Source: Rhynchopus sp. YZ270_cl-10 | Taxonomy: Eukaryota | DNA: 64,000 bases | Assembly: GCA_964035575.1 (NCBI GenBank) | Contig: OZ037845.1 | Coordinates: 434,001 to 498,000 of the forward strand | Direction: 5' to 3' | Shown here: positions 23,601 through 36,887 of the stretch, one piece after another | Layout of the letters: each line of letters begins with the position of its first letter | Numbering within the stretch: the first letter of the stretch is position 1 | Program-made: the position numbers and the translations under genes | The notes under the pieces: model-generated | Databases searched by the model: none | What the model was told of the DNA's origin: nothing | Seen by the model: only the letters and a program-made list of their open reading frames with translations

Positions 23601-23891
23601 GGAATAGGGTTTGGCAAAACCCACGGCATAAGGGAGGAAAGAGAGGGAGAAGGAGAGGAGGGAAGTAGAACCAAAAAAAGGGTAGGAAAAAAAAGAGAAG
23701 CTGAAAGGGTGGTGATGGGGTGGTGGTGGTGGTGGGTGAGAAATGTGGCTGGAGGGAAAAAATGAGGGGGCGGGAAGGTAGTTATTTGCTAATATTTTTG
23801 TGTAAATGACGCATGTCTTAAGAAATACCAGATATTTTTGAAACGAAAAAGAGAAAATTTTGGGTATGTTGAGTAAGCCTCGTTTCAGCCT

Positions 23892-24257
23892 TTATGAGGT
23901 ATCTATTGTTACCATGTCTACACAGTATTTGTCCTTGCAGAGCGATCTCAGCTCGTCCAGCTCTTGTTCGACACGCTTCTTGCTTGCACGCTCTTCGTTG
24001 AGGACCTGTTCCAGCTTTGTGATGCGTTCAATAAAGGCACCGTCCTTTGAGCTGCAGCTGCCGAGGCTTGGTGCTGTGGACATCGAGTCGCTTACACTGT
24101 TCGCTGCGTGTACATTAGCGTACGGTTCATGAGTAATGGGATTGCGACTGTACTGCCGAGACCGTCTCTGCCCTTTATGGAATAGCACTGCAGACCCAAG
24201 CTCCTTCCCGATTCTCTGATTCCAAGCGCGAGCTCCATAAGGGTCCGAAGCCTCCAT
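23892..24257 (-). CDS. Small hypothetical coiled-coil protein
   Basis: 121-aa ATG ORF with heptad RITKLEQVLNEERASKKRVEQELDELR, on the cluster strand. Confidence 0.7.
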   Translation of the reverse strand: MEASDPYGARAWNQRIGKELGSAVLFHKGQRRSRQYSRNPITHEPYANVHAANSVSDSMSTAPSLGSCSSKDGAFIERITKLEQVLNEERASKKRVEQELDELRSLCKDKYCVDMVTIDTS

Positions 24258-25577
24258 TACAAGGAAAACGAAGAAAAAAGACGCAACGAGAAGACAATGA
24301 CCCTGCCTGCGTTTTAGTGGATATGGAATAAAAGAGTGTGTAAATGGGGTTTTTTTTTTTTGGAAGGTTGACGAAAAACCCTCTCAGCTATTCTGCATCC
24401 TTTGTGGTGTTTGGGTAGGGGTTAGGGTAAGGGGAGCGGTAAGAGAAATATCAAAATAGTAAAAACTTTCTTTTATTTTGCGACCAGAAAAGGGGGAGAA
24501 AAATATGGGCGGCGGAGGGGGGGGACAGGAAACAAAACAAAAGAGTAAAGAGAAAGGAATACGACATAATATGGATAAAATGTTAGATTCATATACTTTC
24601 AATTCACAGAATTGAAAGTATTTGAATCTAACATTTTATAAAATGGATAAAATGGAAGTTATTGATGCAGGCACCTCCAACTGACCCACGTACGATGCCA
24701 GCCATCCGGATGAAAGCACAATATAAAATTGAAAGTTGGAAATGCCAACGACTCTGTAGACGCTGGCGCCGGACCTATAAAAAAAACGAGAGAACCAGAT
24801 ATCACAAAAAAAAAACCCCCCTCCCAATGTTCGCAATATTTTCGGCATCCGTTATTTTTTTTTGTGGCCTTTTTGGGAACGAAGCAATTGAAGAAATGCG
24901 ACCACAATATAAAAAAAATAAATCAAAAAAGAGAGAGATAAATTGGAAAGAAAAGCTCTCTTTGTTCGTAGTCAACTCTTGAAAAGAATACCCAATATAT
25001 TCCAGTTCTATTAGTGGTGGGGTTTTCTATCAGAAAGGCGAGGGGGAGAGAGGAGGTGACTTCCCTCCCCCACAGCCACATATGGTGCCCCACACACTAC
25101 CCATCCCATCCCATCCCATCCACCCTTACAACGCAACGTCTCGATGAAGACTAACAAAATTTTACCTTTTTTGCTGTGCACACAACGGCGGTGAAGGAAA
25201 ACCACATGTCCAAGTCATTCACTTCAACCGTCAATGTCCCTCGTCATGCACAGATTGACATTTCACGAAATGGGTGTCTGACAGGAGTTTCTCCTGTCAA
25301 GACACCCATTTCGTCCTTTCGTGGAATGTCAGAAACCAAATAGCAATTTGGGCGTTGGGAAAAGAAAAAAAAAAGAAAAAAGAAAAACAGGTTAACAGGC
25401 CCCTCCCCTCCACCCTTTGTCTTAAGAAGCGAGATTTTTTTTTAAAGGGGAGGGAAGGATGGGAGTTGCTATAGTGCACCGTTGCGTATGAAACGCAGTA
25501 CAATGCCAATAAAATATTTTTTTGACTTGAAATACAAAGCCCTCTCGTGACAGTGTACCCTAAACAAAAATGATGAA

Positions 25578-25640
25578 GTTGACAGTGCAAACACCTCTCG
25601 GGATACAGGCACTGATACTCCGTGGGTTATCGAACCCAAG
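25578..25640 (-). repeat. Dispersed module family B. Other copies near 2502, 4921, 9445, 26715, 47500, 52212, 52257, 52599
   Basis: + consensus GTTGACAGTGCAAACGCCTC...GGA(C/T)(G/A)CAGGCACTGA..CTCC..GG.TT.TCGAACCC. Confidence 0.8.
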
Positions 25641-26776
25641 CAGAAAATACAAAAAAAGGAAAAAAAACACACACAGGGGGTGAAGTTGGTGTACTACACA
25701 CACTATGAACGAAAGAAATCCAAAAAAAAAATTGACGTGAACACCTTGCAATAAGGTGGCCCTCAAACGGATGCACAGGGGCAAAAATTATGAAAACGAT
25801 AAAAAAGAAAAGTATGGCCCTCTCAGATCAGATTTGCTTTTTTGCAACAAAGGTGACCACATTTTGTGAGTTGGTAACACACGAGGCACCTATATCAATG
25901 ACCATATACCAATATGCCACACTGCTTCTCTGCTTCCTACCTAAAGCTCCAGGGGGATTTTATAAGAAAAAATCTGTTGCTGAGAAGGTTCCAGATGCTT
26001 TCAGCCAACAAAAAAATAAAATTCCCCTCCAAAAAAAAATTATTCCATTTTCCCTCCTGCAGATTGATTCAGAGTGGGGGAAAAGGAAAAAGTCTCTCTG
26101 TGTGTCACCTCATGCAAGCACCCTGGGGGGGGAAAGCGGTGCTGTTGCTTTCTTCGAAGAACCACAGGCCTTTGCTGTGTGCATAACACGCCCCCCTATT
26201 CGCTGGGAATATAAGGGACCGCCGAGATTGCCTTCGTTACTCACAAAATGCCTGCAAGGAACCCCCTAACTCGCCTGTGGTCTGGATGACAGGGAGACTG
26301 GGAGACGTGCTGGGAGAGTCGTCTCAGTGCTGTGGGGTTGGGGGAGTGGGACACCTGACACCCTCGTTTTGTTTTGCAAACAAAGAGTGGCGTCTTCTAA
26401 AAGGAAGAGGGGGGTTAAAAATAGCTTCGCTCTCTGTCGACGGTACTGAACGTATGAAGGATGGAAAAAAAAAAAAAAATGAAAGATGAAAAAAAAAAGG
26501 GAAAAAAACACGAAACACAACAGATAGTATTACACACTTGAAGGAAAACAAATGGTTTCCCCTCCCCCTCGGTTTCCAAATTTCGGGTCATTTTGTAAGA
26601 TGAACCTGCTTTAGTCACCTTTTAGAAAACTATAGTCGAAACACTCAGCATAAGGCCTGCTTCATGATGTTCATTAACCAGATGGAGTCTGCCAAATATA
26701 AAGGTGACGCTGATTAGTGCAGACGCCTGGGACGCAAACACTGAATCATATAAAACCCTTCAGAGTATCTATGACA

Positions 26777-26878
26777 CACAACGGTGAAGTAAATACCTTA
26801 ACTTGCAGTTATTCTGTGAAATTTTGTGAAACCACAAATAAAACCACAAAATCAAGTCATATTACTTCACCGCCAGTG
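26777..26878. mobile_element. MITE, same family as 47713-47815
   Basis: TIR CAC.ACGGTGAAGTAA / TTACTTCACCG..AGTG, followed by TA. Confidence 0.65.
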
Positions 26879-27291
26879 TAGACCTGTATCAGCGGAAGTC
26901 CACCAGATACAGCTCTCTGTTTAGCGGGTTTTTTTGGTTTCGACCACCATAACACTCCAAAGGTATAATTTTGACTAAAAAATCATGAAGTTTTTTTTTG
27001 CTGTTTTAAGAATTTTCTTCAAATGAAACTTTTTTTTTCAGAGGGAGAGACACACATGAGTTCGTAGGATTGCCATAACAGAAGGGGATGGGGTAAGAGG
27101 AGCCTTGAGTAGGGGAAAGGGACGGTGCTTTTGAAAAAAGCCGTTAACCGCCCTCGAAGAAGATATCCTATCAGAGAGGGGGTACTGCAAAAAAAAAAAA
27201 AAAAAAAAAAAAAGTTTTGTTTGGTTATAGATTACAAATCGCTGGAGAGCAGTGATTTTTCTTCTTTTGGGATTGCAAAAAAGAGACAAAA

Positions 27292-27460
27292 TTGGTGCTC
27301 CTGAAAACCCCATTTTGCGTACTTGTTGCGTACTTGCTGCGTACCTGTTGCACACTTTGTGCACGAAAAAAAAATACAGGAATACCCTATATTGCGTACT
27401 TGTTGCGTACTTAGTGCGTAGTTGTTGCGTACTTGGTATTTTTTATTTCAGGAGCACCAA
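27292..27460. mobile_element. MITE with 15-bp TIR and internal (TTGCGTACTTG)-type repeats; relative at 59734-59813
   Basis: TTGGTGCTCCTGAAA ... TTTCAGGAGCACCAA is a perfect inverted repeat. Confidence 0.75.
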
Positions 27461-29209
27461 AAATAGAACCTTAACACTCATCACACGATAAAACCTATGG
27501 GAGACAGGTTGTGAAACGCACAACACCTCGACCTGTTTTTGGTGAGGAGGCTCTGCAGCGCGGTTTGTCCCGAGAACCGCAAATGTGTTATATTTCCCCC
27601 TTCATTCCAAACAAACAAAAACTCACCAATACGACAAGGACTTCACTCTGTTAAGTTCAGTGTTTTAAAAAAAAAATCTGCTTACAAAAAACCCCCCACA
27701 CAGCCTCCCATCTTTTGCACAAAAATAAAATGAGGTTTTTATGAAAGATGAATGAGGAAAAGGGGGGGAAATTGACTTGAAATACAACAGCCCGCTCGTG
27801 ACAGTGTACCTAAAAAATTAACAGGTTTGCCAAAAAAAAAAAAAAAAAAAAAAAAAAAGCCTTCGTTCCCAATTTTGTGAAGCATAACGAATCAGGGAAG
27901 GCTTGTACGTCAACCTTTTTCCAGTATTTTTTTTGTTGAAAACTTGGTTGTATTAGTGTAAAACACCCGAGGGTGTGATCCACTATTATTTGTAGTTGTA
28001 TGCCAATCGCCTATAGATATAGGTCATGTACAACAGCATTGCCCGAAGGCAGAATACCTTCGCCCCCCTTTTTTTTGCGCAAGTGTCAAAAAAAATAGAA
28101 GACGAAGCAAACACCACTCCCCACCCACATCTTTTGTGGTAAGGGATGCTGATTTTTTTTTTAAAAAAAGCATGGTCCACAATTTTAAGATCATTTTCAT
28201 CAATAATTATTTAGGAAGACTCACCAAAAGTGACGTTATTGATGCAGGTACCTCCGACTGACCTACGATGCCCCCGAATGAAAGCACAAAGTACCCTGCG
28301 GCCCAAAAAAAAAAAAAAAAAAAAAAAGATTAGATTTCAAGCAAATCTCATTGCCTCTTAGGACGCTACCCATTTCATTTTATTTTAATTTTTTATTTTT
28401 TTTGCTGAAAAACTTAGCTCGTATTAGTACTACCTAGGGTGTACTACTTACTACACCTTTTCCTTTCCCAAGCACACCTCATACTAGCCTCAAATTTCTT
28501 TAAAACGAATCATTTCTTGTTTCTATCCTGAACAAAAAAAACGAAGAGTTTATATAACCTAAGACCCCCCTCTGCTTAGTCAGCTTTGATTAAATTGATC
28601 GAAAAAAATGAAGGTAAAGGGGAATAGGGAAAATACCCTATCCCCGCAACGGAACTGCTGCTAAAACGATCACCCAAGAAAGTTAGCGGCGGCTGGAGGT
28701 TGGAGGGCAGGGGGAGAGCGACATTGGGGGGTGATGGAGTAAAAAAAGAGAGAGAGAGAGAGAGGTCCGCATGGAATTGAACCCTTAAGCCTTGCTCTGT
28801 GATTATCCATCTACTAAAAAAGAAACGATAGAAACAGAACGTAAAACATCGCGAAAAAAAAAAGAGATAAATGCGCCGCACGCTGTGCACACATCTAAAA
28901 GGAAATGAAAACCTTGAAAAGCGTTGTTAACGCTCTGTCAAGTAAAAAAAAGATGGGAAAAAAAAAAAAACACAAAGGCACACAATCTCTAAAGCGGGGG
29001 GTAAGAAGAAGCACCACTCGTAACCCTAGAATATTCCTGTTGCACAAAACAATACAAAAAAAAAAAAAAAAAAAAAAGATCCCCAAACCTGCGCCCCAAA
29101 AAAGGCGCGGGGGAGGGGGGTGTTTTTTTGTTATCAGTTTTTTGCACATCTCAAATATTTCATTTATTCAACTTTTTTTTGTCGTTTTTTGCTGTGGTCC
29201 TGATCTCTC

Positions 29210-30849
29210 TTATGACGCAGTAGTGTATTCAGTGTGACGGACGTACTGCGACTGACTACCTCCCCCGTTCACTGAGTAAACAGCGTTGGGTCTTGGACCC
29301 CGGGTCGCGGTGTTGCGCTTATGTTGGAGCATGGCACGGCGAACTTCGTCCTCGGACATTCCCTTGGTGGAGACACAGCTGCCACAGAGGGCACCAATGA
29401 TAAGAGCTGCAACGCCAACCACAATGGGCCATACGATGATCGCGACGCAGGTGTCACCTGTCTTGCTGGTGAACCCGGGCATCTGTTTAATGTTTTTTTT
29501 TGTTGTATCATAGGAAGGGGAAAATGACATACATCCTTGCAATCACAGTCACGACCTGCCACGCAGACGATCAGCTTGTCGAGACTGAGAGGTGCCTCCT
29601 TCATGGGGTCGACAATCTCGTGGTCGAGGACGGCGGGTGTGCTCTCTGCGCCGTCTGGGGTGGCGTAGAGGGGCGTGATGCCTGGGGTGGGTGCTGCATC
29701 CTCTACGAAGGGTGAGGTGGGGGCCTCGTTTGCGATGAGGCACATGTTCACGCCGTATTGGAGGCGGATGTAGCCGTTCTCGCCCCAGTTGCTTCCCCAG
29801 GAGTTCTTGACCACCCAGTACTCCTGCTGGGTCTGTTCGTCATAGCCGTGTCCCACCAGGAGAACCGCGTGGTTCACACGCACCTCGATGCAGCTGGTCA
29901 AGATCCCAGAGTGGTAGCTCTTCCACGACGTCGCGTCCACCGCAATCGACAGCGGGCCGTGTGTTTTCAACGCCATGTACATCTGCGCCTCTTCGTGGAT
30001 TGGGTACTTCGCGTATCTGGTGATGGAGGCGCCGGTGGGGAGGACCTTCAGCTGTGCCTCGGTCATGCATTGGTTTGCGACCACGCCTGATGCGGAGCTC
30101 CAGCTTTCTTCCGCGTAGGGGTAAGACGCTTCGGTGGCAACACCTCCGTTGTTGGATGCGAGGATCCAATCGAATGCGCTGTACATCTGACCTCCACCAC
30201 AACCATCGCACGTTGTTGCACAGGAGATGAGCTCCTGCTCCGAGAGCGACACCTGGGGGTGCCCACGAATCGCCCACTGCGACTCAATCGATCCGGTAGT
30301 AGAGAACGCCCAGCACCCTCCACAGCTGCCCTGGTCCTTAACGTGACCGCATACTCCGGTTAATGCCCAGTTGAGGCTGATGGAGTCGGATTGGCAAGGT
30401 GCGGTGGGGTTTGAGGAGGCCTTCAGGTTGGCCTTCAGGTTAATTTCGGAGGCAACTGATTTGAGTTCGTCTTCGGTGAAGCGTTGGAAGCGGGCGTTGT
30501 CGGTGGACTGTTCATTGTCGGCACGGAGGAGACCTGAGTCGGCAGCAGGTTTGTATCCAGTGTGGTGCGCGATGAACTCATCGTCGGTCATATCAGAGAA
30601 GCGGTTGTAGCCAAAGGTGGCGTGTGGGTTTTCCTTCTGCAGCTCTGCATGTGCCTTCATGTTCTTCACAAAGACGTCCTTCTTCACAGCCTCCGTCTCA
30701 GGTGTATCATACATCTTTTCATGGGAAGTCTTAAACGCACGCCACAAAGACTCTTTGTTGTTCGAAATGTATTCATCAGTGTAGCGAACACCAAGCCCGG
30801 TGCACGATGTGATGGCGGTTCCGAAGATAAACGTCGTAAGGAGCTTCAT
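29210..30849 (-). CDS. Papain-family (C1A, cathepsin L-like) cysteine protease with C-terminal transmembrane anchor; exons 30849-29533 and 29482-29210 (529 aa)
   Basis: Signal peptide, I29-like prodomain (FGYNRFSDMT) and catalytic motifs QGSCGGCWAFS, NHAVLLVG, KNSWG. A 50-nt GTATGT..ACAG intron joins in frame to an exon encoding VAIIVWPIVVGVAALIIGALC. Confidence 0.93.
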
Positions 30850-33326
30850 ATCTGTTGCCTTCTGCTTGCTTTTTTTTGTGTATCCCTTTTGCAATTTTTT
30901 TGAGGTGAGGAAAAGGGGTTTGGGCCATCTACGATCCTCTGCATCTCTGTGAGAGTCTGTGAGAGCTTACTGAGAGCAAAAAAAATCTCTCTCCATTCAC
31001 AGATGGTCCAGGGTTGGGTAGGGGTAGATAAGACAATAGTTTGTAATAGATGAAAGGGGGAGACCCTTTTTTTTTTTTTTTGCAAGAAAATAAAGAAAGA
31101 AAAGCCGGAAAAAGGGGGAAAAATCGTTATCAAAATAGAGGGGAAAAAATGTGAAAGACGGATATCGAGGGTCCTCCATATCGACACAAATCTGAAAAAT
31201 AAAGGATTGTTTTTCCTGATTTTGATCCCGAGTTTTGCGCTAAAACACCGGCATACTCATCATGGGTCAACATCAGGTGGATTGATGAACTTTTTTTTCT
31301 ATTCCAAAAAGATTTGATTTCGTACTTTTCAACCAAAGAAGAGAAAAGTACAACAAGAACGTTCTATTCAGATAGATCCAAATCTGATACATTTTTTGTT
31401 TGGAGTAGTGTAGTTTTGCCCTCGGTTGTGTTGCCACACAGTTGTGCAATGCAATCTCTACTTTCTGTAAAGTTCACTCACAAAAAGGCCGATGTTGGGC
31501 CTTTCTTTTCCAAATAAAAATTTTTTTTTCCAAACGAGAAATTCGCGTACTAACTGCTTAGGCAAAACAGTAATCATTAAAAGCATCTATACCCCCCCTC
31601 AGAAAGAGAAACAAAAAAAAAGCTCGTCAAAGAAAAATAGGTTTATAAAGATGAATCTAAGCCTCTCGCTACTTAGTCTGATTAGGTTACTTAATGTTTT
31701 GAACATTGGTTATTCATCAATCTTTTTTGTTGTGTTTTTTGGATACTACTTAGTCACCTTGTAAGGATCGAGATAGAGCAAATCATTGAGGGATTTTTTC
31801 CTCACAAAAATAGGGAAAAAACCCCTATGGAAGATAAAGATGGAAACGCCATTTTTATTTTTTGTAAGACGCAGACATCATGTTTAGTAACCTTAAAGAG
31901 GGTGGGGGGGTGGATGGGGAAAGAAATTCCGGTATAAAGTTGTCACACGAGAAAAGAGAAAAAAAAGGGTGAGGAAAGCAACAGAAAGAGAGAGAAAAAA
32001 GTATACTGAACCAAAAGGAGTGTGACAGCGTTCCATCTCCCTCGCTTCAGTGCGAAGGGGTATGCCCCTTACCACTCCCCTATCTCCCCCTGCTTTGAAG
32101 GCAATTGAAAGTCAAAAAAAAACCCCCCCGAGTAAAAATGATATTTTTACTTTTGCGTTGTGTTTGCCTTCAGGAACACTTTTTTGTTGGTCTCTATAAA
32201 AAAAAACTTTGATCTGATGAAAATGAAAATGCAAACAAATCCGTGTACCTTGCCGTCGATGATAAGATCCCGTCCTAGTCCAACGACTGTAAACGATGCC
32301 GTCTCAGGATCGAAGGGCGCTCTATTATGCCCCCTCCCCTACGACACCATTTGGTACAATGACCGGCTGTACCGTGGGTGGACACCCAACCCATGCAGTC
32401 CGACATTCCCATTTCGTGGTTTACATCTTATTTTAAAAGTTGAAAACTGTGGCAGGGGTGATACACCCCACCGATTCTTGAAGTTTTTTTTTTGGAATCG
32501 AAAAAAAACACAATATTTTTTCCCCTGATTCAGCCAATGACCACTTTCATGTTGTGCCCTGAAATACAGTTGTATTTCGGGCTGCTTCCTCAAAAAATAA
32601 AAGGTTTATGAGATGGACCTAACTAACCCTCTCGTGCTTATTAGCCACCTGAAAACTAAAAATAAAAAGGCAAGGGGGAGGCGTTAGCGGGGAAAGCCAT
32701 AGCGCATAGATAAAAATAAAAAACACTGGTGCGATCACCCAAACGGATGCTCCGTGGTTCCCCCGTGGTTCTTCCGTGGGTTGTCCGTGGGTTCTCCGTA
32801 CCCCCTGAATCACACCAAACACACAAAAAAAAACCCTGACAAAACCTAAGAAAGCTTTAAAACGAATATGCATTTGCATACCAGAAGCTCCTTGAAAGAT
32901 GAAACGAGTCAGTCAATGAGGACTCGTCATCTTTCACAAGAAAAAGAATTTCATCATATGCAATCAATAAATTGATAGTATATGGTGAGAAAGAAAACAT
33001 TGTAAAGAAGAACCTAAGCCTCGCATGCTTAGTCGAACAAAAAAAAAAAAAGAAGAAAAAAAAAATACAGAAACAAAACGTATCACACAACACCCACTTT
33101 AAAAAATGGGATTATTTACCCCCAGAAAAAACCCCCTAAAAAAACAACACACTTTGACACACCTTTCAAAATACCTACTGTCGGTTTTTTATTTTGTTCA
33201 GCTGTTGCCGTTGCAAGGTTGCAAGGCATTTTCTGTGCAGTGGAAAAACTCAAAGAACGGATAGAGCTTTCGTGTGAGGCATCTTTTGCGGGTTTCTCGA
33301 ACACGAAGCGGTTACAATTTTTTTTT

Positions 33327-33406
33327 TGAAAACTTTGGTTGTATTACCCAGTGTGCTCCACTATACTAAACACTTTTACATCACCGCAGACTGCGATGAT
33401 CTCTCA
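33327..33406. repeat. Dispersed repeat family G. Reverse copy at 40259-40350 in V-ATPase intron 1; partial copies near 9165, 27938, 54150
   Basis: GAAAACTTGGTTGTATTA...GTGTGCTCCACTATACTAAACA.TTTTAC.TCACCGCAGAC..GCGATGATCTCT occurs in both orientations. Confidence 0.8.
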
Positions 33407-33421
33407 CATTTTTCTTTTGAT

Positions 33422-33465
33422 AATTGTTGGAGTAGTGTAGTTGCCACAGTTGTGCAATCTCCACT
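33422..33465. repeat. Dispersed module family F. Other copies near 12448, 31399, 34625, 51630, 54528, 59209; reversed at 9613-9773
   Basis: Consensus AATTGTTGGAGTAGTGTAGTTGCCACAGTTGTGCAATCTCCACT. Confidence 0.85.
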
Positions 33466-33769
33466 TTTTTTATGTGTCGTATCCGCCGATAGAGTTTTTT
33501 CGAGGCTACACAAAACGGGAACTGACACATTCATTAAAAAAGATTGAAAGTGCAAAAAATGCCTCGAACAATTTATCTTTTCATCATTTTCCCAAATATC
33601 TTTTCCGCATTTTTAAACGGTTTTTGAACGGTTGGTGGTTCACCGCCCGCTCGTAACAAACGAGGCAAGAAAAGTGTGGGATGTTCTCTGCAGCTAGGTA
33701 GCTACAGGTCGTGTGTGTGGTGTCAACAGTCCGAAGCATGGTGTTCTGCTCATTGAATCCCCTCAGGTT

Positions 33770-33806
33770 CAATGAAGTACAGAAACTGGAGCTTTAGAAA
33801 TCGTCG
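33770..33806 (-). pseudogene. Genomic relic of the spliced-leader exon, probably the 5' end of a retro-copied trans-spliced mRNA
   Basis: The minus strand reads CGACGATTTCTAAAGCTCCAGTTTCTGTACTTCATTG. This matches the euglenozoan SL core CAGTTTCTGTACT..ATTG and, as I recall it, the diplonemid SL (..AACGATTTAAAAGCTACAGTTTCTGTACTTTATTG). It is not followed by a GT donor. Confidence 0.8.
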
Positions 33807-35320
33807 AAAAAAAGTTGACAAGATGAACCTAAGCTTCTCGTCACATGCTAAAATTTTAGCCACACAAAAAAAAAAAGGCTATAAAAGAACCAAAGAAACC
33901 CAGACTCGGATGAAAGTACAATAAAAATAAAACGTTCGATGCTTTGTGTGAAGAAATATTTTTCGTATTTGCGTGAGTATAACAATCATACCCCAAGAAA
34001 TGCTCCTTATTTTCGGGAAAATACCCGAAAAACCAAAACAAAGGCTTTTTTTGTAGTGCAAACTGCACTGGAAAAATTTTTTTTTTTGAACTGGCACACA
34101 AAAAGCCCTCTGACAGTTCACCTGAAAACTTCAAAAAGAGATGAACCGGAGTGCACAAGCACAACACATCTTTTTTTGGGAGGGGGGGAAAAGAAAGTTG
34201 CAAAGTGCTAACGCCAAGACGCAGTCACCGGAGGAAAACAAAGAAGAAAAAAAAAAGGTTGGTAATGAAGCTCTAAGCGAGCTTCGTCACCTCAACGGAA
34301 AAGGATGTCTTTAGCGCAGAGAAACACAGACACCTTTTGGAGAAAAAAATGTTCAAAAAAAAGAGGGGAAAAAAAAAAAAAAAAAAAAAAGACAGAACAG
34401 ATAAGACCGTATCACATAACAACGCATTGGGAGGGGGAGGGTGTGTGGGTGTTAAAAAACAATAAAGGATACTTGAAAGATGAAAAAGAGTGCCTCTACG
34501 CAATGCACAATCTAAACGAGAGAAGACGGCTTTCGAACAATGAATGAGAAGCAAGAAATAACAAAAAAAATTATCAGTTACAGTACCCAATGATAACTTG
34601 GTGGTTTGGTTTTTTTTAAAGGAAAATTGTTGGAATAGTGTAGTTGCCACCTGCACAAGCTCCACTGTCTTTTTTGGAATCATGCCAACAAAAATGTAAA
34701 AAAAAAACACAAGACAACGTAAGATTTACGTACCACACGTACATCACTAAGAATGCTAATGTTATCAAAGGAACATAAAGAGTACCGTTGATATCCTTGG
34801 AAGGGGGGAGGAAGACACTAAAGTGAACGAGAACGGATCATCTTATTAAGTTCCCGAAGAAAGCATATGTCCATTAGCACAGAGGTACTTATGATAAGCG
34901 AAACAATACAAAAAAAAAAAAAAATGTTTAAGATGAACCCCGCCTCTTGCACTCAATCGCCTAAAAACAAAACTTGAAAAATTAAAAAAAATGATATGAA
35001 AACACCCCAAAAAATCCCCCCTTGCATCGAGGAAATGAATCCCCAGGTATTTCTTTTTTAGTTTTGAAAACTTGGTCTTGTTTTCCTTATTTGTATTTTC
35101 CACAACCATTGTTCATGCTTTCTCTCTCTCCCTCTCTCTCTTTCTTTTACTCTTCAAATATTCACAAGAAACAAAACTCTTTTTTTAAACCACGCTTATT
35201 TTTCGCTATTTTTATTTTTATTTTTGCCAACAGTGTGCGCAGAGAACATCGCAGAAATTTCTATAGTAAAATGAGCCTCTCCTATGACTCACCTCAACGC
35301 TTTTTACGGCTTCAGCTGTC

Positions 35321-36887
35321 TCATGAAACCACCTGGTAGGGCTGGTGCTGGTTGCGTACGAAGGGGGCTCTTGCGTCCATCCCATCGAACCCTGTGTTGT
35401 TGTTGACACGCTGTGCCGCTTCTCTTTGTTTGTGCTGCAGGATAGCCTTACGGACGGAGTCCTCAGACATACCCCTTCTGGAGAGACAGCTCCCACAGAC
35501 AGCGCCAATCAGCAGACACGCGACAACTCCGATGATGGGCCACACAATGATCGCCACACAGGTGTCACCTGTCTTGCTCTTGAACCCGGGCATCTGTAGA
35601 AAAAAAAAACAGTGTCCAAGAACTGAATTTAAAAGAAAAACATACCTGGCTGCAGTCGCAGTCACTCCCTCCAATGCAGGTAACATCCTCGTCAATTTCC
35701 TTGGGTGCCATGAGCATAGGGTCGACCGGGTCGTAGTTGATGACCCCTGGGGTGTACTCCGTGCCTTCGGGGCTGCTCCAGACGGGGAGGACACCTGGGA
35801 CGGGTGCGCTGACCTCGACCTTGGGGGAGGTGGGTGCGGTGCGGATGAGGCATGTGTTCTCGCCATAGGCGATGCGCATGTAGCCCTTGTCACCCCAGGA
35901 GTCGCCCCAGGAGTTGCGGATGACCCAGTACTCCTGCTGCACCGTGCCGTTGCTTGTGAAGCCGTGCCCCACGAGGAGCACCGCGTGGTTCGGCTTCGTC
36001 GAACTGCAGTTCGTCAAGATGCCTGATGTGTATGACTGCCAGTTCGTCGTTACATCGACGACCACCGACACCGGGCCGTGCGACTTCAATGCCATGTACA
36101 TCTGCACCTCGTCGCTTGCGTACTGTGTGAACCCCAACACCGGCGCACCGGACGACAATGTGTCCAACGTTGCGTCCGCAGGGCATGAGTCCGCACTCAC
36201 CCCAGAGTAGGCCTCCTCAGTCGCAAGCTTGCCCTCTGGGCGTGCTGCCACCCATTTGTAGGCCTCTGCAGCACTGCCGCTGGTGCACCCGCTGGCAGCA
36301 GAGACGCAGGAGAGGAGCTCCTGCTGGGACAGTGCGATGAGGGGGTGGCCGCGGATGGCAAGCTGTGCCTCGATGGCGCCGACTGCGGCGTAGGCCCAGC
36401 CACCGCCGCTGCAGTTGCCCTGGTCAGGGACGGTGCCGAGAACACCTGCATCGGCCCAGTTGAGGTCCACGGAGTTGGTGCGGCAGGGTGAGATGGGGTT
36501 GGTTGCGGTAAGGCCCACCTCGGACTGCACTGCGGCAAGCTCGTTCTCGGAGTAGGTGTGGGTCGCCCCAGTCTCGGTGAGGCCTGCGTGGGAGGCACCA
36601 GTGGTGCGTTGCGAGAGGAACTCCTCGCTGGTGAGGTCCGAGAAGCGGTTGGGCCCGAAGGTGGCGTCGGGGTTGGAAAACTGGCTCGGAATCATCTGGT
36701 GCAGGTTCGACACAAAGATCGCCTTGCGTGTGACCTCCTCACCGACGGTGTCGTAGGTCCGTGAATACGTCGTCTTAAAGGACTTCCACATCGAGTCCTG
36801 GTTGTTCGCGATGTAGTCGCTGCTGTACTGGATTGCGGTGGTGCATCCGAACAGCGCACCCAACACAGCGGCAGTGAGGGTTTTCAT
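35321..36887 (-). CDS. Paralogous membrane-anchored papain-family protein lacking the catalytic Cys; exons 36887-35646 and 35593-35321 (504 aa)
   Basis: DQGNCSGGGWAY has Gly at the catalytic Cys position; NHAVLLVG and RNSWG are intact. A 52-nt intron sits at the same position as in the first paralog, and the TM exon is conserved. Confidence 0.9.

Noticed and set aside
24415..24435. Telomere-like GGGGTTAGGGTAAGGG
   Set aside because: Only one perfect TTAGGG unit, which is consistent with chance.
33770..33806. Functional SL RNA gene
   Set aside because: No GT donor follows the exon, the 5' end is degraded, and it is a single copy rather than a tandem array.
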